The notes: a model not told the origin generated them from the letters alone. A DNA stretch of 64,000 nt from Deferribacterales bacterium (GCA_050251875.1 JBFWMA010000005.1:1-64000), one strand, 5' to 3'; numbered from the stretch's first letter, positions 28,472 to 40,364 are shown. Numbers and translations are program-made.

Positions 28472-30067
28472 ATGCGTCTTAGGTTGTTATTACCGCTTAT
28501 GTTTATCTCCGCAGTCTCTTTCGCTCAGAACTATCCGGCTGTGGGAACATACAATGAAAACTACCAGAAGGTTTTTGACCTGATGAAGCAGGGGCAGTGT
28601 TCGTCCATGGACGGCGCTCTGGCGGATCTGGAAGCCGCTGAAGGCATTTCCGGAAATATTTACAGGTCGCTGTGTTTCTTTGATAACGGAGCCGATGCCG
28701 AAGGATATAAGGTTTTCGGCGATATGCTGGCAAAAGAGGAGTATGACGAGGTTCTCTATGTCTGCTCTTATATGGAAAAACAGGGTAAGAAAAGCGCTCT
28801 TCTGAATAAATATAAAGGCAGCGCCCTTTATAATATTGGCGACACAGTAGGAGCGGAGAAAGAATACAGAGCTTCTCTGGATCAGGCGGAAGACACCGAG
28901 ACCAGATATATGCTGGTGGATCTGCTGCTGGCTAAAGGCGACACGGAGAATGCTGAAGCCGAACTGGCGAAGGCATCTGTGAAAGACAGCGGATATTTCT
29001 TCCGCATGGGACAGTGCGACCTGAAAAACGGTCGGTTCGTATCCGCTTACGGAGATTTCAGACAGGTGGACAAGACAGCTCCGGAATATCCGAAGGCTCA
29101 GAACTATCTGGCGGCAATGTGCACAGCTACATCCAGATTCATCTGCGCAGAAAAGAGCGTTGAGAATATAGCCTCCGCAGACGGATATCAGGATACGGCT
29201 AAAGTCAGGGCGGACGCTCTGGCGGCGGCGAAGAAACCCATCAGCCTGTTTCTGATGCTGAAAGAGGAGTTCGACAACAACGTAACATCCGTGGATGAAG
29301 ACGCCGTTAACTCCGCCACAGAGGAAACCAGCTTCAGAACATCTGCCGTGGCTGACATTAAATATAATATCTATACACCCTACGCAGACAAGATGACCGT
29401 GGGGCTTTTCAACTATAAATCATGGAACCATTCGCTCAGCAGTTACAACCTTCAGATGCACAAAGCGTATTTTATGGTTAAGCAGGGATATGACAACTTT
29501 GATATCACCCTGCCGATGATCAGCGCCGCTGTGACATATTTCGGCGGAGAGAAATATTCTGAAACATTCGCTCTGGAAGCATCAGCGGACTATAAGATGG
29601 ATGGGCTCACTCTCACGGTTCCCGTGAAGATAGAGAGCAGAAACTACTTCTCCGACACTTCCGAGGGTGATTACGACAAAGACGGAATTCTTTACGCTGT
29701 TTCCGCTAAGGCTGTGAAAACATTTCTGAAGAAATATTCCGCCGGGCTCTCCTTCGGAGTGGAGACGGATGACGCAGACGGTTTTGAAAAAGACTCGACA
29801 TCTTACATAACAGAGCTGACAGGGTCTGCGAGGATCAACGACAAGTGGTCTGTGAACGCCTCCGCCCAGTATACTTTCTCAGACTACACTGATTCATCCG
29901 AAAACAGAGAGGATGACAGATATAAAACAGATCTGAACGTGATCTACAAAATCAACCGATCATTTTTCGTCACAGGCGGCATAACATGGGAAAACAAAAA
30001 TTCTACCACGGACGCCTATGATTATGAAAAAACCGTGCTGAGCACAGCGATCGGCTACAGCTATTAG
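28472..30067 (+). CDS. Outer-membrane protein: TPR region plus C-terminal beta-barrel (SLAM/DUF560-like architecture)
   Basis: Signal peptide, TPR-like helices, EFDNNV barrel-entry motif, amphipathic beta strands, C-terminal beta-signal IGYSY. Confidence 0.7.
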   Translation: MRLRLLLPLMFISAVSFAQNYPAVGTYNENYQKVFDLMKQGQCSSMDGALADLEAAEGISGNIYRSLCFFDNGADAEGYKVFGDMLAKEEYDEVLYVCSYMEKQGKKSALLNKYKGSALYNIGDTVGAEKEYRASLDQAEDTETRYMLVDLLLAKGDTENAEAELAKASVKDSGYFFRMGQCDLKNGRFVSAYGDFRQVDKTAPEYPKAQNYLAAMCTATSRFICAEKSVENIASADGYQDTAKVRADALAAAKKPISLFLMLKEEFDNNVTSVDEDAVNSATEETSFRTSAVADIKYNIYTPYADKMTVGLFNYKSWNHSLSSYNLQMHKAYFMVKQGYDNFDITLPMISAAVTYFGGEKYSETFALEASADYKMDGLTLTVPVKIESRNYFSDTSEGDYDKDGILYAVSAKAVKTFLKKYSAGLSFGVETDDADGFEKDSTSYITELTGSARINDKWSVNASAQYTFSDYTDSSENREDDRYKTDLNVIYKINRSFFVTGGITWENKNSTTDAYDYEKTVLSTAIGYSY

Positions 30068-30075
30068 GTGACGAA

Positions 30076-31044
30076 ATGAAAAAACTGATAATATCATTAA
30101 TCATAATATGTTTTGCCTCATTTGCGTATGCGGCGGAAACAACCGGTACTGTGGTGGAGGTTCAGGGAGCCGTTGACATCGTTCAGGGCAGCGCTGTCAT
30201 GGGCAAACTGGCTAAGCCGGGAACTGTTCTTTCTCTGAAAGACATCCTGAGAACCAAAAGAAAAGGCTATGCCGTGGTAAAGCTGAATGACGGCACAGAT
30301 ATAAAAATATTCGAAAAATCCAGACTTGTTTTCACCGGAAACGGCAGGACGAAGGACGGATTCAACACAGAGCTGAAGAATGGAAAAGTCCTCTTCAGGG
30401 TGGAAAAAATGCGTGATGTCGCAGGAGATTTCAGGATTAAGACCCCCAACGCCGTTATCGGTGTTAAAGGTACTCTGGTCGGTCTGAACCAGAATCCCGG
30501 AGGTCTTGCGCTGGAACTCTATAAAGGCAGTCTGCATGTATCTCCTCTGGGTCAGCCGGGTCAGGATGAACCTGGCGTTCTCGCTCCTGAAGGCTCCGGC
30601 AGTCCCGCCGGTGAAGGCGGAGGAGCAGGTGCCGGAGAGGGATCAGGATCTGAGGGCGATGCTCCGCAGGGCTCCGGAGCTCCCGGACAGGACGGTGGAG
30701 CCGGCGGTGTTATGATCGGTTCCGGCACAGGTATGACAGTTGGACAGGGTGGTGGTTTCGATACATATCCCATCGGAGGCAATCCCAGACTGTTTCCCGG
30801 TGTCGGCGGCGGTGACGAGCAGTCAGAATTTAACGGTGTAGGCGCTGATTCAGGCAGGGGCGGAGATTTTGGCGGATCTGGTGAGGGCGGTTTTGCTCCT
30901 CCTCAGGCGGAAGGCGGAATTGAAGGCTCGCTTGCGGGAACCGGAGGCACGATAGACGGTCTGACGGGCGATATATCCGGCTCAGCTGGAGATCAGGAGA
31001 GCACCGGAAACCATAGTGTGGATATCAATATAATCATCAGATAA
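30076..31044 (+). CDS. FecR-domain protein with Gly-rich acidic tail
   Basis: Signal peptide; DGTDIKI, LKNGKV, FRIKTPNAVIGVKGT; long G/E/S/P-rich region; C-terminal VDINIIIR. Confidence 0.8.
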   Translation: MKKLIISLIIICFASFAYAAETTGTVVEVQGAVDIVQGSAVMGKLAKPGTVLSLKDILRTKRKGYAVVKLNDGTDIKIFEKSRLVFTGNGRTKDGFNTELKNGKVLFRVEKMRDVAGDFRIKTPNAVIGVKGTLVGLNQNPGGLALELYKGSLHVSPLGQPGQDEPGVLAPEGSGSPAGEGGGAGAGEGSGSEGDAPQGSGAPGQDGGAGGVMIGSGTGMTVGQGGGFDTYPIGGNPRLFPGVGGGDEQSEFNGVGADSGRGGDFGGSGEGGFAPPQAEGGIEGSLAGTGGTIDGLTGDISGSAGDQESTGNHSVDINIIIR

Positions 31045-31047
31045 ATT

Positions 31048-31077
31048 AAAAACCGGAGTGAAAGCTCCGGTTTTTTT
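31048..31077. terminator. Bidirectional intrinsic terminator
   Basis: AAAAACCGGAG-TGAAAG-CTCCGGTTTTTTT between convergent genes. Confidence 0.85.
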
Positions 31078-32788
31078 ATATCTTCAGGTTGTCTTTTTCG
31101 AAAGTAATCTTTTTGTCCCGTGTCAGAAGAGCAGCGTATCTGGCGCCCGTATACAGCGGGGTGTCCGTGACGGCGCAGTATCTGGCTATGTAGGAGAAGA
31201 CTGACGCGGATTCCGCTATCACAGCGTCTTTACCGACTGCGTTCTGTATGTCGGATACAAGGTAGCTGTTCCGGCAGATAAAATTATCCGTTGTCTGTTC
31301 CCTGTGAAAGAAAGACTGACAGGGAATGGTTTTGGAGCTTTCAGATTTCTCTATCTGGTTTTTCACTATTTCAGGAATGTTTTCCACATCTTTTTCAAAG
31401 AGATAGGCGGGCATGCACAGGGCTGACTGCCTGTGGTTCTGCCATTTGCGGAAATTAAGAGTGAACGGGATATTGCCGTAGAACGAGTCATCGGCTATGT
31501 TTTTGATCTCTGTGTATTCCAGATAGAACACGTCTTTGGGGTTTGTGAGAATCTGGTTTTCCACCATGTCGGAGCCCAGCTCCAGAAGCAGACCTCTTAT
31601 CTTCATCGTCAGACCGGAAACACCGAGGAACACTCTGTCCAGATTATCAAGCGCTGTGTGGGCGTCTGAGAGAAGTTTTATATATTTTGTTTTTGACGTG
31701 AGCATCCTTTTGGCAGAGGGGAGCGTTTTGAACATCTCCTCCGGCTGAACCGCCGCACTTTCCGGAAGGGTGACTGTCACGGGCTCGTGCGCCGGATCGA
31801 ATGACGGCATCAGTTCCCGTGTGCCTGAGAGCACGCATCCGTTTTTTGTCTTATAAAGATGCCTCATGGCGGCGTCCGTGTCTTTGGTAAGTTTGTGTAT
31901 CTCTGTGAAACACTGCCACATATTCAGATACGCCATCTCCCATGTCATGAAGCAAAGAGCGGCTGTCTGAATAAATTCCTCGGAAAAGAGAGTCTCTCTC
32001 GTCATCTCTTCCGCCGCTTTGGATATATCTGTCAGCGCCTCATCGAACTCGCCCTCGTTCATATCGAGAACGCTCAGATTAGGCACATCGAAAGACGGCT
32101 TGGCTATGGTTCTGAAAACAGCCGGAAGAAAATTCATATAGAAGAAATCCGGCTTAGCGTAAAAAGCCGAAGTGATGGTATCCGTGTTTGTGATGTTCAT
32201 ATACATCCTGCCGTACAGGAGTTTTATGGACGGCGAATGTGTTTTTATAGCGGAGCTCATAAAGAGCGGGTTGATAATATCTGTGAGATTTTCCGCCAGA
32301 GAGTTGGCAAAGGGGCTCAGTGTTTCGCCTGTGAAAGAGGCGAAAGGGCTTTTGGCGAAAAGATGTTTTTCGTTGATGGCGGCGTTCCTGCCCAGTGACG
32401 CTTCCACCGGAGTCAGCGGAGACGGGATGTTAAAATCTCTGGCGTCTTTGGGGATGAAAGGCTGTTCTCTTGTTTCGGCGGATATTACGATAAAATGCCC
32501 GCCGTCATATGTCAGCCCGACTTCTGCGGGCTGTCTCAGGCATCTTTCGATATCTGCCAGAGTCTGCGCCAGCTCGTTTAATATTTTATCCTCATAGGGA
32601 GCCTCGCCCTTAATCTTCCGGATATTGCCTTTGAAAACACCTTTTATCAGAACGGTTTCCCATTCGTCCGCTTTCAGATGAAAAAAACCGAAACTGCCCA
32701 GATAATGGGGCAGAGCGGTAATGTCCGCTTTCTGTGTTTCGTCTGTTCTTATTCCGGCATCCGATATTTTCTGTATAAGGCTTTCCAT
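31076..32788 (-). CDS. Degenerate PEP-utilizer / rifampin-phosphotransferase-like protein
   Basis: GRMYMN, LGSDMVENQILTNPKDVFYL, and a swivel-like segment AVIAESASVFSYIARYCAVTDTPLYTG with Tyr at the expected phospho-His position. Confidence 0.6.
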   Translation of the reverse strand: MESLIQKISDAGIRTDETQKADITALPHYLGSFGFFHLKADEWETVLIKGVFKGNIRKIKGEAPYEDKILNELAQTLADIERCLRQPAEVGLTYDGGHFIVISAETREQPFIPKDARDFNIPSPLTPVEASLGRNAAINEKHLFAKSPFASFTGETLSPFANSLAENLTDIINPLFMSSAIKTHSPSIKLLYGRMYMNITNTDTITSAFYAKPDFFYMNFLPAVFRTIAKPSFDVPNLSVLDMNEGEFDEALTDISKAAEEMTRETLFSEEFIQTAALCFMTWEMAYLNMWQCFTEIHKLTKDTDAAMRHLYKTKNGCVLSGTRELMPSFDPAHEPVTVTLPESAAVQPEEMFKTLPSAKRMLTSKTKYIKLLSDAHTALDNLDRVFLGVSGLTMKIRGLLLELGSDMVENQILTNPKDVFYLEYTEIKNIADDSFYGNIPFTLNFRKWQNHRQSALCMPAYLFEKDVENIPEIVKNQIEKSESSKTIPCQSFFHREQTTDNFICRNSYLVSDIQNAVGKDAVIAESASVFSYIARYCAVTDTPLYTGARYAALLTRDKKITFEKDNLKI

Positions 32789-32878
32789 CAGCAGATTATG
32801 GATAAAATAATGCTGTCATGTCAACAATTTTTGTTGAAACCTAACATCTGTGCGGTTAAAATGTATGGGGGTGCGGAT

Positions 32879-33418
32879 ATGAACACAGTTATAATAAACG
32901 CTGCTTCGAAACATGACGGAAACGGCAACTACATAGCCGAAAAGCTCTCAGGCAAATATGAGGGCTGCTCCGTTATCGAACTTAACGCTCTCACTTTTTG
33001 TCATGACTATATAAATGAGTTCAGAGACAGTGACGTCTTTAAGCCGGAGATGGTGGAGGAAGGCATCAGAGAGGCGATGACCTCTGTGCACGACAGCGAC
33101 CTCATCATCTTTATCGCTCCGAACTATTTCAGCTCAGTGTCCGGTCTGGCAAAACTGTTCATGGACAGATTTTATGTGTTTCTGAACAAGAGCGGACGCC
33201 CCAGATTCGAATCCCCGAAAAAATTCTTTTTCATCCTCACACAGGGTTCCGCCAACAGGAGCCACGGACAGAGCACGCTGGACTGGGTGAAAGGCTTCTG
33301 CAATGTCCTCGGTTTCAAATATTACGGAATTGTCGTCCCCTCATGCAGAGGAACAGACACAGAGGGAGCGAGGCTCAAAATGGAAGAGATAACAATGTCA
33401 TTAAGTATGTTTGTATAA
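32879..33418 (+). CDS. Flavodoxin-fold / NADPH-dependent FMN reductase family
   Basis: ASKHDGNG, SDLIIFIAPNYFSSVSGLAKLFMDRF; ATG 32879 after GGGGG. Confidence 0.8.
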   Translation: MNTVIINAASKHDGNGNYIAEKLSGKYEGCSVIELNALTFCHDYINEFRDSDVFKPEMVEEGIREAMTSVHDSDLIIFIAPNYFSSVSGLAKLFMDRFYVFLNKSGRPRFESPKKFFFILTQGSANRSHGQSTLDWVKGFCNVLGFKYYGIVVPSCRGTDTEGARLKMEEITMSLSMFV

Positions 33419-33429
33419 AGGAGTGTAAA

Positions 33430-34404
33430 ATGGCAGTCAGCTACAAAGAGCTTGGTCTTGTAAACACAAAAGAAATGTTCAGAAAGGCTATGGAGGGCAA
33501 ATACGCCATCCCCGCCTATAATTTCAATAACCTCGAACAGCTTCAGGCTATCATCACCGCCTGTGTTCAGACAAAATCCCCGGTGATTCTTCAGGTTTCC
33601 AAAGGAGCCAGAGACTATGCCAACGCCACCATGCTTCGCTACATGGCGCTGGGCGCTGTTAACTATGCCAAGGAGCTCGGATGCGAGATCCCGATCGCTC
33701 TGCACCTGGATCACGGCGACACCTTCGAGACATGCAAAAGCTGTGTGGACTTCGGTTTCTCCAGCGTAATGATAGACGGGTCACACCACTCTTTCGAGGA
33801 GAATATGGCGCTCACTAAAAAAGTTGTCGAATACGCTCACCAGTTCGGCGTGACAGTCGAGGGCGAGCTGGGCGTTCTGGCGGGCATCGAGGATGATGTT
33901 TCCTCAGAGCATTCACACTATACTGATCCCGATCAGGTGGTGGAGTTCGTGGAGAAGACAGGCGTGGATTCACTCGCCATCTCCATCGGTACATCCCACG
34001 GCGCATACAAGTTTAAGGTGAAGCCGGGCGAATCCGTTCCGCCTCTCAGATTCGACATTCTTGAGGAGTGCGAAAAACGCATCCCCGGATTTCCGATTGT
34101 TCTGCACGGCGCTTCCAGCGTTCTTCCCGAGTACGTTGATATGATCAACCAGTACGGCGGAAAGATGGAAAACGCGGTGGGCGTTCCCGAGGAACAGCTC
34201 AGAAAAGCGGCGGCAAGCGCAGTGTGTAAAATCAATATCGATTCAGACGGACGTCTCGCCTTCACAGCGAAGATCAGAGAGTTCATGGCTCAGAATCCCT
34301 CAAAATTCGACCCCAGAGAATATCTGAAACCCGCCAGAGCGGAGCTTATTAAAATGTACGCGGCAAAGAACGAAAACGTTCTGGGCTCAGCGGGAAAAGC
34401 ATAA
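33430..34404 (+). CDS. fba: Class II fructose-1,6-bisphosphate aldolase
   Basis: ALHLDHG, SVMIDGS, VEGELG, GTSHG, VLHGAS, KINID; ATG 33430 after AAGGAG. Confidence 0.96.
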   Translation: MAVSYKELGLVNTKEMFRKAMEGKYAIPAYNFNNLEQLQAIITACVQTKSPVILQVSKGARDYANATMLRYMALGAVNYAKELGCEIPIALHLDHGDTFETCKSCVDFGFSSVMIDGSHHSFEENMALTKKVVEYAHQFGVTVEGELGVLAGIEDDVSSEHSHYTDPDQVVEFVEKTGVDSLAISIGTSHGAYKFKVKPGESVPPLRFDILEECEKRIPGFPIVLHGASSVLPEYVDMINQYGGKMENAVGVPEEQLRKAAASAVCKINIDSDGRLAFTAKIREFMAQNPSKFDPREYLKPARAELIKMYAAKNENVLGSAGKA

Positions 34405-34426
34405 CAGCTATTAACTGCATATAGAT

Positions 34427-34456
34427 AAGGGGCGGCTTAGGTCGCCCCTTTTTTTT
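34427..34456 (+). terminator. Intrinsic terminator after fba
   Basis: AAGGGGCGGC-TTAG-GTCGCCCCTTTTTTTT. Confidence 0.88.
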
Positions 34457-34582
34457 GCCTTCATTACCTGAAATAAGTAGAAAATGTGAAGATTAACATT
34501 TGATGCATGAAATATTATGGTATCCTACATCATGATTATTATCAGACTGCGGAACTGAAAAACTTTTCTTGAGGTTGGTTAT

Positions 34583-35461
34583 ATGAAAGCTATTAAGTTA
34601 ATGACGATATTTGCTCTTTTGGTTTTTTTCGGCGGATGTGCGGGAGGCGGAGCCCCCGTTTCCCCTGGCGATGCTCAGGGCAGTGTCGCTTCTCTGGGTT
34701 CTAAAACATTCGAGGTGTCGAAGATTCAGCTTATGGTTGCTCCACAGCCGGCGGCGGCATCAAAGATTTTATTCGATAAACTCTCAGGTCCTTATATGGC
34801 AGCCACTATGGATCCGTTCTTCGCTCAGGGTCTGAGTGAACTGCTTAAAAAAGATCTGGGAATCACGGTGGATTATTCCAAACTGCGCGGGCAGATGAAA
34901 TATAAAACGTCCAAGAAGCCGGGATTCGTATGGGATCCCAACCTTTACGCATGGATGGCTACAAAAAAAGTCAGCACAGGAAAACAGACGATAGAGATAG
35001 AGTCTTTCGCTCCGAATCCCACTATATCCGGATTCGAGACTGTCATTACAGTGAAGAACGGCAGTACCGTTTTGAAACAGTATAAGACCGACACCGTGAT
35101 GGGCGCCGATGTGCCTGACGCAGACTATGGGCGCAGAGTTCAGGATTATGTGGCGTATATACCCGTCCTGCTCAAGCTCGGGATCAGGGGCGTCATGATT
35201 CATGACAGAGATATGGCGGATTATATAAAAGACTACAACAGCGCTGTTGAGTATTTTAAACTTAAAAGAAACCCTCCGGAAGAAAACCTTAAACGCCTCA
35301 GGGAAATGATAACGGATATAGATCCTTCCTCCGGCATAGTTATAGAAGACCTGTACGGATCAGGCGATAAACAGGCAGACGTGCCGGACGAAAAACCCGC
35401 AGAGGATAAGACAGAAGAGTCCGGGGCTAAAACAGGCTCTGGCGCTACACTGCTGGACTGA
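34583..35461 (+). CDS. Hypothetical lipoprotein
   Basis: Signal peptide with FGGC lipobox; 292 aa; SD GAGG. Confidence 0.75.
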   Translation: MKAIKLMTIFALLVFFGGCAGGGAPVSPGDAQGSVASLGSKTFEVSKIQLMVAPQPAAASKILFDKLSGPYMAATMDPFFAQGLSELLKKDLGITVDYSKLRGQMKYKTSKKPGFVWDPNLYAWMATKKVSTGKQTIEIESFAPNPTISGFETVITVKNGSTVLKQYKTDTVMGADVPDADYGRRVQDYVAYIPVLLKLGIRGVMIHDRDMADYIKDYNSAVEYFKLKRNPPEENLKRLREMITDIDPSSGIVIEDLYGSGDKQADVPDEKPAEDKTEESGAKTGSGATLLD

Positions 35462-35477
35462 TTAAAGGGAGGACGTT

Positions 35478-38096
35478 ATGAGAACCAGACTTCTGGCGGT
35501 TCTGGCGCTGGCATGTTTTTTTATGACATCGGCGCTTTCATATGCCGCTCCGGCAAAAACTCCGCCCTTGCTCCAGAACGACATCCAAAAGCTACCCGCC
35601 GATTATAAAGACGGATGGGGAAAGCTGGGCGGCGCTCTGCTCTCTGTGGCGGAGAATGTATATGACAATGACGACAATAAAATACTCGAGCTGAAAACGA
35701 ATACGAAGCTGGGGGCATTGCAGATATCTCAGGCTCTGAAAGTTTACGGCGCTTTTGACGCTGTATATAAAGGAGAGTGGGACAAGCTGGCAGGTCAGGC
35801 GGCGGACGATATCATAACCAAGATGTGGCCCATGCTGGGCAGCTATATGGCTCTGCACAGCGCCGTGAAAACATCATTCGAGGCGATGCTCGCCAACTGG
35901 TCGCAGGATCTTTATGCCACTAAAGCCTATAAAAATGTTGTTAATGTAATGAATGACGCTGTGGTAAATCAGGCGGTTAATCAGGAGCCTTACCTTCCGT
36001 CATCATATCTTAAGCCCGGATCAGATGGCTATAAATCCATGAAGGCGATGGAAGACAGAATGTTTAAGGTGTGGATGAATACCAATCCTGATGACGAGCT
36101 GATGATCAAGAAGAATAAGTATCTGCTCATCCATGTTTTCGGCAAAGCGCCTAAGAATGACCGTGAGGTTTTTGACGGATTTCTGGATCGGGCGGTGATG
36201 GATCAGAAGAGCTATATAATGACGACATACGAGCGTGTGCGTGAGGAAGCCATGCGTGAGATGATGCGCAAATATTATGAAAAGACTGTCGCCGATCTTA
36301 AGAAACAGCAGAAAATGATGTTTTTTGTGGTGGGCACTAAGGATAATTACGGCGGTTCTCTGATAAATGGTCCTGTGGGGGCTGGAGATATTCTGGCTTT
36401 CGAGTCTGACCTTTTCGTTCCATATGTATATAACGGCGAAATCGTACAGCTCCGCTGGCAGGTTTTCAGAGAGGACAGCACCCCTGTGGAGGGGCTGGCA
36501 AAGGTAACCCGCATCCATGACGGGGATAAAGTGTATAACGCCAGAATGCGTTTCCGGATAGATAACATGCCCGACGGCAGATATTATACACAGCTCTCCA
36601 GATGTGTCAGGTCGGAATGTCAGAGTTTCCGTGAACCTTTTACGGTGGGCAGTCCGCTTTCCATCTCTCGGGTCTATCTGAGCCAGGACGCTCAGGGGAC
36701 ACGCAGGATAAACCGTGAGCCCTTCAGCAGGGAGGCTCAGTTTTTGCAGGCTGACATTGCCGGAACGGGAACTGTTAAAGGCGAGCTGGCTGTAAAAGAC
36801 GCCTCAGGAAAGACAGTATATCAGGCAAAAAATGAGATGACCGTATCCAAAGGCATAGGCAGGATGAGCTTTTCTGTCAGAGAAGCTGCACTGGCGGAAG
36901 GAAATCAGTATAAGGCTGAGGTGAGCGTCAGTTCCGGTGACGGGCAGAAGGACGCAAAAGCGTTATCCTTCACTCCTATGTTTTATCAGCTCACTCTTTT
37001 GGGACCCGCAGATACAGAAGAAGGTCGGAAGACTACATACAGCTATCAGGTGCCGCCACAGATGAAAGCGCCTTTTAGAATAGACACTCAGAAAAACGCC
37101 GGCGAGGTAACTCAGCTGGGCGGGAATCAGCTTGCTTTTACCCCGTTGGCTGGCGGAAACAGAAGCCTGGCTGTGGTGGTTACAGACGCCGAAGGGCGCA
37201 AAGCTATGGGGTTCAGGGATGTTACGGTGCTTAACAAGATTCTTGATCCTATAAGTGAAGAGCAGTCTCTGGCTATGCAGCCGAAGGTGACGTATGTTCC
37301 GCCTTCAGCGCAGAGTGCCGCACACACCAGTCAAAACACTGTGCCTTATCAAAATGTACCAAATGGATCACCTGACTATAACGGTGGAGTCCGCAGACTG
37401 AGGCTTATGCTTGACGGCTCAATAAATGAGTATGTGTCGAGCTGTATGAAACCCTACTACAATAATTACACGAATGAAGTAGTGAACAAATCAGACAAAA
37501 GAGAGATTGAAAGTATCGGGCGGATGAATGCTTATGAACTGAAACAATACGAAGAAAATCTAAATACAGCTACTCTTAATAAAATAAAGGAAGCGTTGGC
37601 TAAGTCCGGCGGGAACAGCTGTGACAAAGAATGGTCTGAATATCTGTACCGCAGGGGCTATGTGGACAAAAGCTTTAGAGACAGGATATATGTCAAAAAT
37701 AGTGGCGGTTCCCCAGGGTACGCGGCAATATCTAAGCCTGATGCTGATTATTATGCTCTTATGACGCTGCACACTATGCTGGCAAATCCGGACAAGTGTG
37801 AAGTTGTTAAGGGAAAGCCTCAGACAGGCGTATACAATAAGTATTTCAAGCATATTTCAAAGCAGGACCCGACAAGAGGATATGAGACCTATCACAAATG
37901 GGTGGTTGCGGCAGGTCCTGGCAAAAGAGGAGAAGCGCAGAAGTTCTGCGACAAGATGATGAGCAAGGAGATAGCCGTAACCGGCAACTACACACCATGG
38001 GTACCGACAGGTTCTGCTTCCAAAGACGGTGACTATCAGATGCCGGAGCAGGAATACATAATGAAGCTGCCATATTATGTGCTTGATAATAAATAA
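35478..38096 (+). CDS. Large secreted hypothetical protein with probable Ig-like domains
   Basis: 872 aa, signal peptide, SD GGGAGG, helical N-third, beta-rich middle (VVVTDAEGRKA), P/S/Q linker, Cys-containing C-terminal domain. Confidence 0.75.
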   Translation: MRTRLLAVLALACFFMTSALSYAAPAKTPPLLQNDIQKLPADYKDGWGKLGGALLSVAENVYDNDDNKILELKTNTKLGALQISQALKVYGAFDAVYKGEWDKLAGQAADDIITKMWPMLGSYMALHSAVKTSFEAMLANWSQDLYATKAYKNVVNVMNDAVVNQAVNQEPYLPSSYLKPGSDGYKSMKAMEDRMFKVWMNTNPDDELMIKKNKYLLIHVFGKAPKNDREVFDGFLDRAVMDQKSYIMTTYERVREEAMREMMRKYYEKTVADLKKQQKMMFFVVGTKDNYGGSLINGPVGAGDILAFESDLFVPYVYNGEIVQLRWQVFREDSTPVEGLAKVTRIHDGDKVYNARMRFRIDNMPDGRYYTQLSRCVRSECQSFREPFTVGSPLSISRVYLSQDAQGTRRINREPFSREAQFLQADIAGTGTVKGELAVKDASGKTVYQAKNEMTVSKGIGRMSFSVREAALAEGNQYKAEVSVSSGDGQKDAKALSFTPMFYQLTLLGPADTEEGRKTTYSYQVPPQMKAPFRIDTQKNAGEVTQLGGNQLAFTPLAGGNRSLAVVVTDAEGRKAMGFRDVTVLNKILDPISEEQSLAMQPKVTYVPPSAQSAAHTSQNTVPYQNVPNGSPDYNGGVRRLRLMLDGSINEYVSSCMKPYYNNYTNEVVNKSDKREIESIGRMNAYELKQYEENLNTATLNKIKEALAKSGGNSCDKEWSEYLYRRGYVDKSFRDRIYVKNSGGSPGYAAISKPDADYYALMTLHTMLANPDKCEVVKGKPQTGVYNKYFKHISKQDPTRGYETYHKWVVAAGPGKRGEAQKFCDKMMSKEIAVTGNYTPWVPTGSASKDGDYQMPEQEYIMKLPYYVLDNK

Positions 38097-38131
38097 TAAA
38101 AAATAAATTTAAATAAAAGTGAAAAAACCTG

Positions 38132-38545
38132 TTGACTCTAATCGATGGATTAGTTATAACTTCCTTCCGCTCGAGAGCGACACCTGATCGGAAGTCAGCC
38201 TTTAGCGGGAAAAAAGATGTTAGACAGACGATATTTATAAGCACAGGTAAACAGTTTTTGCCTTGATTTAAAGATTAGAAATAAAATTTAAAAAGCTTAA
38301 AAAAGTCGTTGACAATAAGAGCTGAATTTAGTAAGCTCACCCTCCGCTCAGACGAGCGGTTTTTTATGGGTTGTAAAAGGCTCGTAAAAAAGATGTTAGA
38401 AACTTTAAAAAAGGTATTGACATGGTAGGCTGAATTTAGTAAGCTCACCAGCCGTTCGAGAGAGCGGTTTGCTCGAGAGACCGGAGGAAAGTAAAAAGAA
38501 AGTTGTAAAAAACTTCTTGACTTTAAAAAGGAAATCGGGTAAGTT
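38132..38545 (+). promoter_or_regulatory. Four tandem sigma70 rrn promoters
   Basis: TTGACT-17-TATAAC (38132), TTGACA-17-TAAGCT (38309), TTGACA-17-TAAGCT (38417), TTGACT-17-TAAGTT (38517); each has an A-rich UP region and a C-rich discriminator. Confidence 0.8.
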
Positions 38546-38651
38546 AATCCTCCCCTGCAAAGGGGATTTAAAATTTCCGAAGGCGCAAGTCTTCCATGAT
38601 GTTTGACAACAGAATAAGGTCGATATGTGATAAAAAGATTTATACAGAGTT

Positions 38652-40205
<1,554 letters not shown>

Positions 40206-40290
40206 TAAGGAGATCTAAGGATCTAAATTAGAAATGGTACACATATCGACCTTTTTACCTAAATCTGGGTGCAGACCTGGAGCTTATTAG

Positions 40291-40364
<74 letters not shown>

